64,000 nt of DNA from Candidatus Bathyarchaeota archaeon (GCA_963767735.1 CAVYES010000007.1:256001-320000); one strand, 5' to 3'; positions 10,529 to 21,523 are shown, numbered from the stretch's first letter. The notes: generated by a model not told the origin, from the letters alone. Translations and numbers: made by a program.

Positions 10529-10859
10529 AAAATCCCTACTTAATCACTGATTGCATAGAGGTTAAAGTTTTTGGTATTTTTGTCCCAAAGGATACTGGCA
10601 GCTATTCTTTGGCTGTTTCGGTTTTTGTTTCCTCGTTTTTGTCTTTGAGTTTTGCGTGTGGGTATTTTTGCGGCAACTTTCGTTGAAGCTTGCTTTTTAA
10701 TTCTCCGAGCCTTAATCAATCTGTCTAAAGCAAACATAAAGACGCTTAAGCGGTCCTTACAGTAATTAAAAATTTTTAAGAGGATATGCAGTTAATCTAA
10801 TTCTCGCCGTTAACCTTAACTTGGGACATGCCATATTTTAGATAGCCAAAGGAGAGGTT

Positions 10860-12236
10860 TTGTTGAAGAAAACAAAGATCATATGCACCACGGGTCCAGC
10901 CAGCTCTTCTAAGCAAACGATTGAAAAAATGTTCCTGGCTGGCATGAACGGGGCAAGGATAAATACTGCTTATGGTAATCTTGCCCAATACCAATCCGTT
11001 ATCGAAACAGTGAGGGAAGTTGCGGATATCCCCATAATAATTGATATCAAAGGACCAGAAATTAGGATCAAGGCATCTCAACGAAAGGTCATTAGCAAAG
11101 GAGAAAATTTTGAAGTGGGCTTCGACGAGGAAGAAGTCTGTTTCAATCACGATTTCTATGACGAAATGGCGATTAATGACGAAGTATACATCGACAATGG
11201 AAAAATTAGAACGCACGTAGTCGAAAAGAAAGATCGAAAACTTCGGCTTCTAACCTTGGACAGCGGCGTCATAGAAGATGGAAAAGGAGTTAACATTCCA
11301 AATAAGCACCTTTCAGTTCCAACTTTCCCAGAGAGAGACTTGGAAATCATAAGCTTTGCAAAAAAACTCGATGTCGAATATGTTGCGCTTTCATTTACGC
11401 GGAATGCTGAAGACGTTAAAAACTTGTCTCAGACCAACGGTTTTGATGGCGGAATAATTGCTAAGATTGAGAACTTTGAGGGTGTTCAAAACGTCGAAGA
11501 GATTTTAGACGCCGCAAGTGGATTAATGGTTGCAAGAGGAGATTTAGGTGTCGAAATCGAACCTGAAAAGGTACCTTTGGTTCAGAAATCGCTCATCAAA
11601 TTATGCAACCAGAGGGGAAAACTTGTGGTCACTGCTACAGAGATGCTTGAATCAATGATTAATCAACCAAGCCCAACCAGAGCGGAAGTCAGCGATGTTG
11701 CAAACGCGATACTTGACGGGTCAGATGCCGTTATGCTTTCTGGGGAAACAGCGGTCGGTCAATATCCTGCGGATGCCGTTGAGATGATGACTCGTATAGC
11801 AAATGAAACCGAGAAAGCTGTTAAGAGCCACGTTGAAGAGACGGCTTACATCAATATTTCTGACACGGTAAGCAGGGCAATTCAGGATATTTGCGAGTGT
11901 ATGCCAATTCACAAAGTCATCACTTTAACGCGGTCAGGCTACACGGCCCGAATGATAGCTCGCTTCAAAATTGCACAGCCAATAATTGCCGTTACCCCTG
12001 AAATCAAAGTCAAAAAACAGCTGGAACTCATATTCGGCGTGTACCCAGTTCTGGTAAACTTCAGCGAAGAAAAAGACCGAATATCAGCAGTTGCAAATCA
12101 ACTTCATGAAATGCAACTTGTGGATGATGAAGAAACCGTCCTGTTTACCGCAGCCATGAGAACCACAATGAAACATGCCAGCAACGCCATAGAAATACAC
12201 AACATAAAAGAATTAAGAAAATTCGCGTCCTCCTGA
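10860..12236 (+). CDS. pyk: Pyruvate kinase
   Basis: TKIICTTGP, DIKGPEIR, IIAKIE, MVARGDLGVE, PTRAEVSDVANA, MLSGETA. Confidence 0.96.
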   Translation: MLKKTKIICTTGPASSSKQTIEKMFLAGMNGARINTAYGNLAQYQSVIETVREVADIPIIIDIKGPEIRIKASQRKVISKGENFEVGFDEEEVCFNHDFYDEMAINDEVYIDNGKIRTHVVEKKDRKLRLLTLDSGVIEDGKGVNIPNKHLSVPTFPERDLEIISFAKKLDVEYVALSFTRNAEDVKNLSQTNGFDGGIIAKIENFEGVQNVEEILDAASGLMVARGDLGVEIEPEKVPLVQKSLIKLCNQRGKLVVTATEMLESMINQPSPTRAEVSDVANAILDGSDAVMLSGETAVGQYPADAVEMMTRIANETEKAVKSHVEETAYINISDTVSRAIQDICECMPIHKVITLTRSGYTARMIARFKIAQPIIAVTPEIKVKKQLELIFGVYPVLVNFSEEKDRISAVANQLHEMQLVDDEETVLFTAAMRTTMKHASNAIEIHNIKELRKFASS

Positions 12237-12263
12237 GGAATGGACTTTTTTGGTGAAAATATA

Positions 12264-12953
12264 TTGATCTGCAATCTGTTCGTCTTTAGGCACGCTGAAA
12301 CTACAGACAATAGCAACAGCATATTTTCGGGCTGGCGTGACCCAGATTTAACTCCAAAAGGACTTTTGCAGGCGCAAGATGTCGCTAAACAACTCGAGCA
12401 AGAGAAAATAGATTATGCGTTTACCTCACACCTTTTAAGAGCCAAAAACACTCTTGAAATTGTCCTAAAACCGCACCTTAACGTTCCTGTTTTCATGGAC
12501 GACCGACTAATTGAACGGTGCTATGGCACATTGCAGGGCAAAAGTAAGGTCGAACTCGCAGCCGAAAAACCCGAGTGGTTTGCCAAAATTCACCGCGGCT
12601 ACGATCTTGCGCCTCCTGAAGGTGAAAGCCTCAAGATGGTTGAAAGCCGCACTTTGCCCTTTATTGTGCAGCTAAAAAAGTGGCTTCAACAAAATCCAGG
12701 TAATGTGGCTATCTCTTGTCATGGCAACTCAATGCGCCCTATTCGACGAGCCTTCGAGAACCTGAGCCTTGAGCAGATGCTTAAGCTTGAGAACCCACAG
12801 GACCAAGCGTTGGAATATGCCCTTCAAATACAACACATCAAAGTTGACGAAGCTCAAGAACTCAGGATCGAAAAAGATTGGCAAAGCATTGTGGTCCCCT
12901 CTTCGGTAAAGTTAGCAACGGACCCACGAAACCCTTTGAAGCAGTACTATTAA
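12264..12953 (+). CDS. gpmA: Cofactor-dependent phosphoglycerate mutase (histidine phosphatase superfamily)
   Basis: RHAET, FSGWRD, ERCYG, PPEGESL, HGNSMR; TTG start after GGTGA. Confidence 0.85.
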   Translation: MICNLFVFRHAETTDNSNSIFSGWRDPDLTPKGLLQAQDVAKQLEQEKIDYAFTSHLLRAKNTLEIVLKPHLNVPVFMDDRLIERCYGTLQGKSKVELAAEKPEWFAKIHRGYDLAPPEGESLKMVESRTLPFIVQLKKWLQQNPGNVAISCHGNSMRPIRRAFENLSLEQMLKLENPQDQALEYALQIQHIKVDEAQELRIEKDWQSIVVPSSVKLATDPRNPLKQYY

Positions 12954-13003
12954 GTCTAATCAAGGTTTTCGGGTGTGCTTGATCAGAAAGGTTTTGACTA
13001 TGC

Positions 13004-14776
13004 CTAAAGGTAGGCATCTGTGGCGTACTTTCGCATCATTCGATGGGTATTGAAGTAATAGGCGACTTTACCGATAGAGTTTCTCATCATGCTAATCCAA
13101 TCGTCGCGTTGCTGATAGAATTTTGGAATTATGAGGTATTCCAGTTTATTGTATAGGTCGCCAAGTTCTCTTTTTCTTTTTTCTTCGTCACTTATCTCTT
13201 GATCAGGGGAGGGACCTATCGCCCAACCCGTGAGACCTTCCACGCAGCCCTCTATCCACCATCCGTCTAAAACGCTGAAGTTGATCACGCCATTGTGTGC
13301 CGCCTTCATACCGCTAGTTCCAGAAGCTTCAAAAGGTGGTAGGGGAGTGTTCAGCCAAATATCTGCACCTGACACCAGTTTCCCGGCCATCTCCATTGAG
13401 TAGTTTTCAAGATAAACTATATCAATTTCGTTTTTCAACTGAGCAATGCAATCGTATATTTCTTTGATTAACTGCTTGCCCATCTCATCGTGTGGATGTG
13501 CTTTTCCTGCAAAAACGAGTTGAATTCGCCCTTGCATCTGAATTTCTCGAAGCTTTTCAAGGTCCGAAAAAATCATTGCAGCTCTCTTGTATTCTGTAGC
13601 TCTTCTTGCAAACGCTATTGTGAGAGTGTTGACATCCATTTGGGTCGATGTTTTCACATGGATAAAATCTAGCAAGTCTTGCTTTGCTTTAAGGTGAGCT
13701 TCCCACAATTCTTCGTCTGGAATGGTGTCGACTCTTACTAGGAGTTCAGGTTCATTTGCCCATCGACGAACGTACTTGTCAAATAGCGCTTTGAAGTAGA
13801 GGCAAGTCCAAGTGTATGAGTGAACGCCATTTGTTATTTCTTGTATGTGATATCCCGGAAACAATTTTCTGGAATACTCCATGTGCGCTTCTGTCACCCC
13901 GTTAGTGTATTTGCTCAAGTTTAGAGCCAGAAGTGTCATGTTCAACTTGTCATATCCACCATACTCTTTCAAGATTTCCACAGGCATTTCGGTTTCTAGA
14001 ACTTCCGAAAGCATATCATATGAAAATTTGTCAAAGGCAGCAGCCACCGGAGTATGGGTAGTGAAGACACAGAGGTTTTTTACTTTGTCAGCGTTCAAAT
14101 CGTTATTCTTTAACAGTTCAAGGGTTAGTAGACTGCTGTGACCCTCGTTCATGTGATATTTCTTAACATTAATTTTTAACGCTTCAAGGATGCGTATTCC
14201 GCCTATTCCCAAAACTATTTCCTGCTTTAACCTGTATTTTTCGTCGCCCCCATAAAGAAAATCAGTAATTCCCCTATCCTCCTGGGTATTGCCCTCAACG
14301 TCGGTTGTAAGGAACAGTACGGGAATTGTTCCGCCTGCCAGGCTCTCTTGCGCATAGACCCAAACGCCTATTTTGACGTCTCGCCCAGAAATTTTTACGG
14401 TTGCAGTTTCTGGCAACAGCTTCATGAACATTGAAGGATCCCATTCTTCGGGATACTCAATTTGCCGACCGTCAGGAGTTATTTTCTGCTTAAGATAACC
14501 TTTTTTGCTAACTAAGGTCACGGCAACTAACGGAATTCTCAAATCTGCACTTGACCTAATCACGTCACCAGCCAGAACACCTAGTCCGCCGCTGTAAGTT
14601 GGCACGTCAGAGTTTATGCCGATTTCCATGGAGAAGTAAGCAATTTTGGCGCCGTCGATGAAACTGCTCATGCAGTATTCACTGTCAAAATAATATTGCT
14701 TAGACAAAAAATTCGTGGTAAACTGAGCTTTAGATGGATCTAAAGGCATTCCACAAACAGGATCTCTAACAGACAT
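13004..14776 (-). CDS. glgP: Alpha-glucan phosphorylase with N-terminal YHS/TRASH domain
   Basis: YFSME, YSGGLG, HMNEGH, ARRATEYKR and EASGTSGMK (PLP Lys). N-terminal DPVCGM...YYFDSEYC. Confidence 0.92.
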   Translation of the reverse strand: MSVRDPVCGMPLDPSKAQFTTNFLSKQYYFDSEYCMSSFIDGAKIAYFSMEIGINSDVPTYSGGLGVLAGDVIRSSADLRIPLVAVTLVSKKGYLKQKITPDGRQIEYPEEWDPSMFMKLLPETATVKISGRDVKIGVWVYAQESLAGGTIPVLFLTTDVEGNTQEDRGITDFLYGGDEKYRLKQEIVLGIGGIRILEALKINVKKYHMNEGHSSLLTLELLKNNDLNADKVKNLCVFTTHTPVAAAFDKFSYDMLSEVLETEMPVEILKEYGGYDKLNMTLLALNLSKYTNGVTEAHMEYSRKLFPGYHIQEITNGVHSYTWTCLYFKALFDKYVRRWANEPELLVRVDTIPDEELWEAHLKAKQDLLDFIHVKTSTQMDVNTLTIAFARRATEYKRAAMIFSDLEKLREIQMQGRIQLVFAGKAHPHDEMGKQLIKEIYDCIAQLKNEIDIVYLENYSMEMAGKLVSGADIWLNTPLPPFEASGTSGMKAAHNGVINFSVLDGWWIEGCVEGLTGWAIGPSPDQEISDEEKRKRELGDLYNKLEYLIIPKFYQQRDDWISMMRNSIGKVAYYFNTHRMMRKYATDAYL

Positions 14777-14972
14777 AAAACCGAACTCCCGTAATGAGGA
14801 AGTGCCGTTTTCACACATAATTAGTTTCCGCTCAAACAATAACACGACTCATCGACCCCAAGAGAAGTGACCTCTTTGGTCGTCATCATTTTAGAGGTAA
14901 AATCTTTAGCTTTTAACGACCCAGCAAATTATCAGACTTGTAGTGTTATTGAATCGGAAATTTAAGTGCTAA

Positions 14973-16169
14973 CTATTCGACGCTGCAGACCTGGGCTGGT
15001 GAAGCAAGCTTCTTTAAGTCATCGGCGCCGTCAGCGTATCCTGAAGCAACCAATACGTCACCTGCTTGGATTTTTGAGTCTGCTCGAGGACGCAAACATC
15101 CCTCGCCTCTTTTAATCACTAAAACCCACATGCCGGTTTCTTCATGCACGCGAGCTTCTTTAAGAGTCTTGTTTACAAGCGGAGAATCCGCAGTAACACA
15201 AGCTTGGGCAACTGTTTCCTCTGCTTCTTTAATTGTTAGCTTCAAAATTGGGTGCGGTTCAATACCTCTTAGAACAACCTCAGCTATATCCGCAGCTGCA
15301 TCAGCGATTTTTTCTGTTGCTACACCTAACCGAATTAAACCTAGAAACCCGGAGGCTTCTTCTTTTTTGAAATCGCTGGTTAAAGCAAGCAATTCGAAAT
15401 CGGTGTGCATTTGGTCCATGCGTTCTTCAAGGTGCTCGACTTCTTCGGCTAGTTCCTTACTGTTTAACAGAAGCGAAGAATAAGCCAAATCCAACATTAA
15501 CTCGGATGTGTCCTTGAGCTCTACGAACCTTGAAACAATTTCCTCGAATTTTGCGCGTTCTTCAACGCCTAATTTTGCAAGTTCGCCTTCAGCTAAATCT
15601 TTAAATTTTTCAATGCCTAACGATGTACCACGAGTAATTAGGATGTCGCCTTGCAAAACTCTTTCTGTGCCCTCTGGGTCGAGTATCCAATCTTTATTTC
15701 GTCGGATAGCAATAATATCAACGCCCATTTTCGCAGCCAAATCCAATTCATCTATACTTTTGTTGAGAATCGTTGAATTGGCTTTTACGGTCACTTTCAT
15801 TAAGCGTTCTTCTACTTTTTCAAAGATTTCGCCAACTATAGGGTGAATGCCAATGTTACGGGTAACTATCGCTGCTATGTCGGCAGCAGCATCTGAAATT
15901 TTATCGGTGGAAGAAGCTACTTTGGAGATACCAACCAATGCCTCTGCATCTTTAGGATCTCTTGAAACAACCATTAATTCCATATTTAAAAGGTACGCCA
16001 ACGTATCTACTCGGCTTTCAAGCGCAAGAACGTCTTCAGCAAGGTCTTTGTCATTATACAAAGCTGCAGAATAGGCTAAGTCAATCATTAGTTCAGATAG
16101 ATTTTTCATTTCGAGTAAAAGCTCTCTGACGGGGATAGGTTTGTATTCTATCCTTTCAAACTTAGGCAT
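14973..16169 (-). CDS. Duplicated PhoU + TrkA-C (RCK_C) domain protein
   Basis: Two tandem copies of SELMxDLAYS...KIxDAAADIA followed by RCK_C (IIAIRR / VLVIKRG...GDVL). Confidence 0.85.
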   Translation of the reverse strand: MPKFERIEYKPIPVRELLLEMKNLSELMIDLAYSAALYNDKDLAEDVLALESRVDTLAYLLNMELMVVSRDPKDAEALVGISKVASSTDKISDAAADIAAIVTRNIGIHPIVGEIFEKVEERLMKVTVKANSTILNKSIDELDLAAKMGVDIIAIRRNKDWILDPEGTERVLQGDILITRGTSLGIEKFKDLAEGELAKLGVEERAKFEEIVSRFVELKDTSELMLDLAYSSLLLNSKELAEEVEHLEERMDQMHTDFELLALTSDFKKEEASGFLGLIRLGVATEKIADAAADIAEVVLRGIEPHPILKLTIKEAEETVAQACVTADSPLVNKTLKEARVHEETGMWVLVIKRGEGCLRPRADSKIQAGDVLVASGYADGADDLKKLASPAQVCSVE

Positions 16170-16228
16170 ATACTATAGGTCGCTCCATAATAAAATATGG
16201 CTGTGAATTATTTAAAAATACTCTCAAG

Positions 16229-17455
16229 CTACCTGATTAGAAGTAAAGCTAACAGTAAAGCTGATGAGGTCACTATGGTTGCTAATGACGTTTCAAGTGG
16301 GATAACAAAATTATCAGGATTCAAGCCTCTTTTGAATGTTAATATCGCGATACCGAAAGATAAAAGCACTATACCTGTGACGCCAATTATGTTAGATAAC
16401 CAAATTATTATCATAAAATTAAGCACGCTTGATAGTGGAAATACACGGTTAATTGCTAGAGATATTAGGGCTAAAACGGTGGATATTAAAAGTGAGGCTG
16501 TCCATGCGCTGGTTATGTTTTTGGTATGGTTTTTTATCGAAGAGAAAGAGGGCTTGAGTAAACCTAAAGCGAGCTTAGTATTAGCGGTGGAGCCTACAAC
16601 TGAGCCGACATTACTTACCATGTTAATTAAGGCTGGATAAATAGTGTAAATTTCTTTCTGGTTTTTTGCAGCATTACTTATTCCTTTAAAAACGGTTCCC
16701 GTTAGGGTTAGAATTACGGATACAAACATTAGCATAATGAGGGATTCCTTTATGGTTCTCAGGAATTCGGGTTCCTGCTTGTCTTGCAATACCAGATATA
16801 GAACGAGAAACACGTGTGTAAGACCGATAGCTAGAATCACTAATTTGCCGAAAAATGGCAAAAAGAAAAACAAGTTTAACACCCCGATATAACAGAGGGT
16901 TATGAAAATGATGGCTGCCGTAGAAATTATTGGATAAACTACGATGTCAGGGTCTAATCCTCGTTTGAAAGAAACGAAAGCAACCTTGATCGTTATTAAA
17001 GAAAAAAGCAGACCTATCGCTAATGTTGAAACCAAGACTGCTACTATAGCTGGGAAATCAGCCACAGTAATGCCCAAGAGCAAGTAACCGAAAAGAAAAG
17101 AAATTAAGCTAACCGTAAGGCTTGTTACTAAAGTTAATACAATTACGGCATGAATTAGTTTATGGAAGCTATTTGTATTTCCAGAAAAACGAGGGTGAAT
17201 CGTGCCAAGACGCAAGGCCGTGCTTAAGCGGCCACTAAGTAAACCGTTAATTATTCTTAAACTTATCAGCGCTGGATAAAGAGCAAAGGCCCAAGGTGAG
17301 AGCCTGAAAACATTAAGTTGGTAAGCAATAAGAAAACCGGCAATTAATCCAGCTATGTCAAATGAGTAAGCTAACGCTGTCTCCTTGAACATTCCCCAGA
17401 AATTTCCATAAAGGCTGTCATTTGAAATTCTGGTTGACCTCCTAAAGTTCGTCAA
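16229..17455 (-). CDS. mgtE: MgtE-family (SLC41-like, membrane-domain-only) divalent cation transporter
   Basis: Two hydrophobic repeats each ending KRGL(D/N)PD...P; typical archaeal pairing with the TrkA-C/PhoU gene. Confidence 0.8.
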   Translation of the reverse strand: MTNFRRSTRISNDSLYGNFWGMFKETALAYSFDIAGLIAGFLIAYQLNVFRLSPWAFALYPALISLRIINGLLSGRLSTALRLGTIHPRFSGNTNSFHKLIHAVIVLTLVTSLTVSLISFLFGYLLLGITVADFPAIVAVLVSTLAIGLLFSLITIKVAFVSFKRGLDPDIVVYPIISTAAIIFITLCYIGVLNLFFFLPFFGKLVILAIGLTHVFLVLYLVLQDKQEPEFLRTIKESLIMLMFVSVILTLTGTVFKGISNAAKNQKEIYTIYPALINMVSNVGSVVGSTANTKLALGLLKPSFSSIKNHTKNITSAWTASLLISTVLALISLAINRVFPLSSVLNFMIIIWLSNIIGVTGIVLLSFGIAILTFKRGLNPDNFVIPLETSLATIVTSSALLLALLLIR

Positions 17456-17878
17456 AAAGGAGTTTTTTTATGGGTAATCTGAGAAAATTATTGGTTAAGG
17501 TAAGATTGGAATTAAAGTGTCTTTTAATTGTATTCAAAGCTGCTGCTATGTGAGCATATTTAGGATTTGCTGATTTGTGGACTCCCGTCATGTTTAATCG
17601 CCATCACGATTTTGTTTGGCGGTCCACGGTCCAAGTAGCGATGGGGCTGCCAAAGCCGTTTTAACTGCCAATTAACGTTTTTGGAAGGGAGCTATGTCTT
17701 AAATAGTTTCTGTCGCAGCCAATTTTCGGCTAAAAGGCTTTTCTTAGTAGAGCTGATCCGAAAACACCGATGCTTTATTTTATTTGACATTTCTTCTCGA
17801 CTTTGCCCTCGTATTGCAAGGAACTGTTTTTAAATATGATGTTTCTGGTAATGATAGAACGATTTCACTCTTGGCCGA

Positions 17879-20800
17879 GTGAGCACTGGCGAGAGACCCG
17901 TGGCAAATGGAGTTCAACCCAATCCAGAAATATTCACCGTAAAAGAAAACGTGCCATTAGCGCAGCCTCCCGTAACCTCAGAAGAAGTTTTGACTCTGCC
18001 AACAGACGAGTTATTATCTCGACTTGGAACTTCATCTCAGGGTTTAAGCTCCCAAGAAGCAGAACAGAATCTAAATATTTATGGCACGAACGAATTAGCA
18101 CGAAAGAGGAAACGTTCGGGTATCGTCAGTTTTCTACTTCATTTCAAAAGCCCCCTGATTATCATACTTTTGTTTGCGGCTGGGCTTGCTGGCGCAACTG
18201 GCGATGTTGCAGACTTTAGTATAATAGTTGTAATCGTGTTAATCAGCGTCATTATTGATCATTATCAAGAATCCAAAGCAGAAAACGCTGCTGAACTTCT
18301 CAAAGAAAAAGTAAGTACGACAGCCACCGTGCTTCGTGATAAAATTAAGACAGAGCTTAAACTTTCTCAAATAGTTCCCGGCGACATAGTTTACCTCTCA
18401 GCTGGAGATATCGTACCCGCAGATTCGAGAATAATTACCGGTAAAGATCTTTTCATAAATCAAAGCAGTTTAACTGGTGAATCGTTCCCTGTTGAAAAGA
18501 CAGCCAACAAATTAGAGTCAATAAACATAGCGTATAGTTCGATTACTGAATGGAACAATTATCTGTTCATGGGCACTTCGGTTGTAAGTGGCAGCGCAAC
18601 GGCAGTCGTTGCGAGAACTGGTGGCTCCACAGAATACGGAAAAATCGCTAAGAAACTCGTTGCAAAGCCCCCAGAAACAGAATTTGAGCGCGGCGTAAAA
18701 GGGTTCAGTTACCTTATCATGCAGGTCACGTTCGTATTGATTATCTTTGTTTTTATTGTGCTTGCTCTGTTTCACAGAGGGATAGTTGAATCGCTTCTTT
18801 TCTCAGCTGCCTTGGCAGTAGGGTTGACCCCAGAACTTCTACCGATGATCATCACGATGAACCTTTCTAAGGGCGCTGTAAACATGTCAAAAAAAGGCGT
18901 AATAGTGAAACATCTGCCGTCCATAGAAAATTTCGGCAGCATGAACGTTTTATGCACGGATAAAACAGGAACTCTGACGGAAAACCGCATATCGCTTGTG
19001 CTGCATGTTGATTCAGAAGGCAATGATGATGATAAGGTGTTTTTGTATTCTTATTTGAACAGCTATTATGAAACTGGACTGAAAAGCCCTCTTGACGAGG
19101 CAATCCTATCGCATAAAGAGATTAAAGTTGAGGGTTTCCAAAAAATCGATGAAGTCCCATTTGATTTTGTCCGAAGACGCGTTTCTGTTGTGGTTGAACA
19201 GGAAAGAGAAAGATTCTTCATAGCAAAGGGTGCTCCAGAAGATATACTGAAAATCTCAAATTACTGCGAAATAGGCGGTATCATTCAGGATATTAGTGAA
19301 GAACTGCGGAAAAAGATTGAGCAAAAATACTTTGACCTGAGCGCTGAAGGCTTAAGAGCCTTGGGTGTAGCATACAAAAAACTCAGGGAAGACAAAGCCG
19401 TCTACTCGGTTAACGATGAAAACGACATGGTGTTTCTGGGCTTCGTCGCTTTCCTTGACCCTCCAAAAGAAACAACAAAAGAGTCACTTCGACTACTTGC
19501 CAAAGAGGGAATAGAACTAAAGATCTTAACTGGCGACAACGAGCTAGTTACCAGAAAAGTTTGTGAACAACTTGGTTTCGAGATTAAAGGGGTTGTTCTC
19601 GGAAATGACATGATCCAAATGCACGATGACGCCTTAGCTCGAGTTGTGGAAGAAGCCAACGTATTCGCACGCGTAACTCCAGTACAAAAAGACCGCATAA
19701 TTAATTTGTTGAAAAGCAATGGTCATGTTGTTGGCTTCATGGGCGACGGCATTAACGATGCTCCTTCCCTGAAAACATCGGATGTGGGCGTTTCCGTTAA
19801 CAACGCTGTGGATGTCGCGAAAGAATCAGCAGATATTATACTTCTAGAAAACGACTTGACAGTACTAGCTGAAGGTGTTATCGAGGGAAGAAAAACCTTC
19901 GGCAACACCATGAAATACGTAATGATGGGAATTAGCTCAAACTTCGGCAACATGTTCAGCGTTGCGGGTGCAGCATTATTTTTGCCCTTCCTGCCAATGT
20001 TACCCATACAAATTTTGTTAAACAATCTACTGTATACGCTCTCGCAAACAACAATAGCTACAGATAATGTTGATGAAGAATACATTGAGCGCCCCAAAAG
20101 ATGGGATATTTCCTTCATCAGAAACTTCATGGTGGTGGAGGGTCCATTGAGCTCGATTTTTGATTATGCCACGTTCTTTACGATGGCTTTTGTGTTTGGT
20201 GTTCCTATCACTGCCGCTGCTGGCGCGGGTCTTTCGCCAAAAACGCTCGCAAACCTGCAATCGCAATTCCAAACTGCATGGTTCGTAGAATCACTTTGTA
20301 CGCAAACTTTGGTTGTGTTCGTTATTCGTACGAGGCAGTCGCCGTTCTGGAAAAGCAAACCCGGGAAGTATCTGATGATAAGCTGCTTCTCAGTGGTTGC
20401 TTCAGCCTTCATAATACCCTACACGCCGTTGGGTCCAGTGTTCAAATTCGCGCCGCCTCCACCGTTATTCTACGCCTTCCTAGCGCTCTTTATCGTTGTC
20501 TACCTGTTCCTGGCCGAATTTGTTAAGAGATGGTTCTACAGACGGCATGCTTTCAGAATTGAGCAGGCGTTGGTTCCGAAAAGAAAAACCCTCTATCTGA
20601 GCAAGAGTGCACAGTTAGTGCAGGATGTAGCTGCCGTGGTATGTTTGCGTGAAGAGAACGAGATTTCTTTTGATTCTCTAATTGAAGACTTATCAAGAAG
20701 TCTAAGCTACCCCATTGATTCAGACCGTGTATATCAGAGCCTGCAGTATCTTCGTCGTGGAGGATTAATCGATGTTGATTGGCACAGTCGAAGAATCAAA

Positions 20801-20962
20801 AGGTCAGCGTCTATCAAAGAGTACATCACAAAACGCGTCGCAACCAGCCCAACATGGACGTTGGCATATGATGATTGGCTCCGCATATACAGGGCAATTC
20901 AAGACAAATACGGCAAAACCAACCCTGACTTCCAAGAACTTTTCTTGCCAAGGCAACGTTAG
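17879..20962 (+). CDS. mgtA: Second Mg2+-translocating P-type ATPase with C-terminal winged-helix-like extension
   Basis: TGES, GLTPELLPM, DKTGTLT, GDGINDAPSL and SSNFGNMFS motifs; about 125 extra residues after the last TM. Confidence 0.92.
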   Translation: MSTGERPVANGVQPNPEIFTVKENVPLAQPPVTSEEVLTLPTDELLSRLGTSSQGLSSQEAEQNLNIYGTNELARKRKRSGIVSFLLHFKSPLIIILLFAAGLAGATGDVADFSIIVVIVLISVIIDHYQESKAENAAELLKEKVSTTATVLRDKIKTELKLSQIVPGDIVYLSAGDIVPADSRIITGKDLFINQSSLTGESFPVEKTANKLESINIAYSSITEWNNYLFMGTSVVSGSATAVVARTGGSTEYGKIAKKLVAKPPETEFERGVKGFSYLIMQVTFVLIIFVFIVLALFHRGIVESLLFSAALAVGLTPELLPMIITMNLSKGAVNMSKKGVIVKHLPSIENFGSMNVLCTDKTGTLTENRISLVLHVDSEGNDDDKVFLYSYLNSYYETGLKSPLDEAILSHKEIKVEGFQKIDEVPFDFVRRRVSVVVEQERERFFIAKGAPEDILKISNYCEIGGIIQDISEELRKKIEQKYFDLSAEGLRALGVAYKKLREDKAVYSVNDENDMVFLGFVAFLDPPKETTKESLRLLAKEGIELKILTGDNELVTRKVCEQLGFEIKGVVLGNDMIQMHDDALARVVEEANVFARVTPVQKDRIINLLKSNGHVVGFMGDGINDAPSLKTSDVGVSVNNAVDVAKESADIILLENDLTVLAEGVIEGRKTFGNTMKYVMMGISSNFGNMFSVAGAALFLPFLPMLPIQILLNNLLYTLSQTTIATDNVDEEYIERPKRWDISFIRNFMVVEGPLSSIFDYATFFTMAFVFGVPITAAAGAGLSPKTLANLQSQFQTAWFVESLCTQTLVVFVIRTRQSPFWKSKPGKYLMISCFSVVASAFIIPYTPLGPVFKFAPPPPLFYAFLALFIVVYLFLAEFVKRWFYRRHAFRIEQALVPKRKTLYLSKSAQLVQDVAAVVCLREENEISFDSLIEDLSRSLSYPIDSDRVYQSLQYLRRGGLIDVDWHSRRIKRSASIKEYITKRVATSPTWTLAYDDWLRIYRAIQDKYGKTNPDFQELFLPRQR

Positions 20963-21156
20963 AATCTGGTTTGGCGCTATCATACTCGCACGGCGCTATC
21001 AAGAGAAATCGCCTTGCAACGTGCGCTGACAAGATTTGCTGATGAAATATTCTGGGTTAACTGCGTTGTTGTAGAACTGCAACATTAGACTTTTCATGAA
21101 GCATAGAAACAGAGATAAAAATTACAAAAGAAAATTGTTTGTTCGGCGAGAGGTGT

Positions 21157-21285
21157 TTATTTCTTGCCTTTCGTGTGTTTTGCTGGAAGCGAAACCTGCT
21201 TTTTCTCTTTTCGTTTCATATCCTTTTCGCGTTGAAGTTTCTTATGTTGTTCAAGTCCTTCAGCTTTCTTTGCTTTCTTAGACAA
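21157..21285 (-). CDS. Small, very basic protein (42 aa)
   Basis: MSKKAKKAEGLEQHKKLQREKDMKRKEKKQVSLPAKHTKGKK; TTG start after AGGTTGA. Below the ORF-track cutoff. Confidence 0.55.
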   Translation of the reverse strand: MSKKAKKAEGLEQHKKLQREKDMKRKEKKQVSLPAKHTKGKK

Positions 21286-21523
21286 ATTTATCAACCTTTA
21301 CAAGCAGTATAATAAAACCTACTCTTAGACCTTACCCTCCCTTATATGCCCAAACAAAATGGCGAAAAGGAAAATAACGAGCTATACCAGAATTAACGCG
21401 AACCTGTACGGCTCAATGCTCACTTTTCTTTCTGACTCAAAAATTAATGCGCCCCTCAACGTGAATTCGGGTATTTTAAAGCATCAAACAATAAATAAAA
21501 GTTAATCAAATAGTAATTTTCAC

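Noticed and set aside
17456-17878. Mg2+-sensing (M-box/mgtA leader) riboswitch between mgtE and mgtA
   Set aside because: No recognisable consensus or convincing structure by eye.
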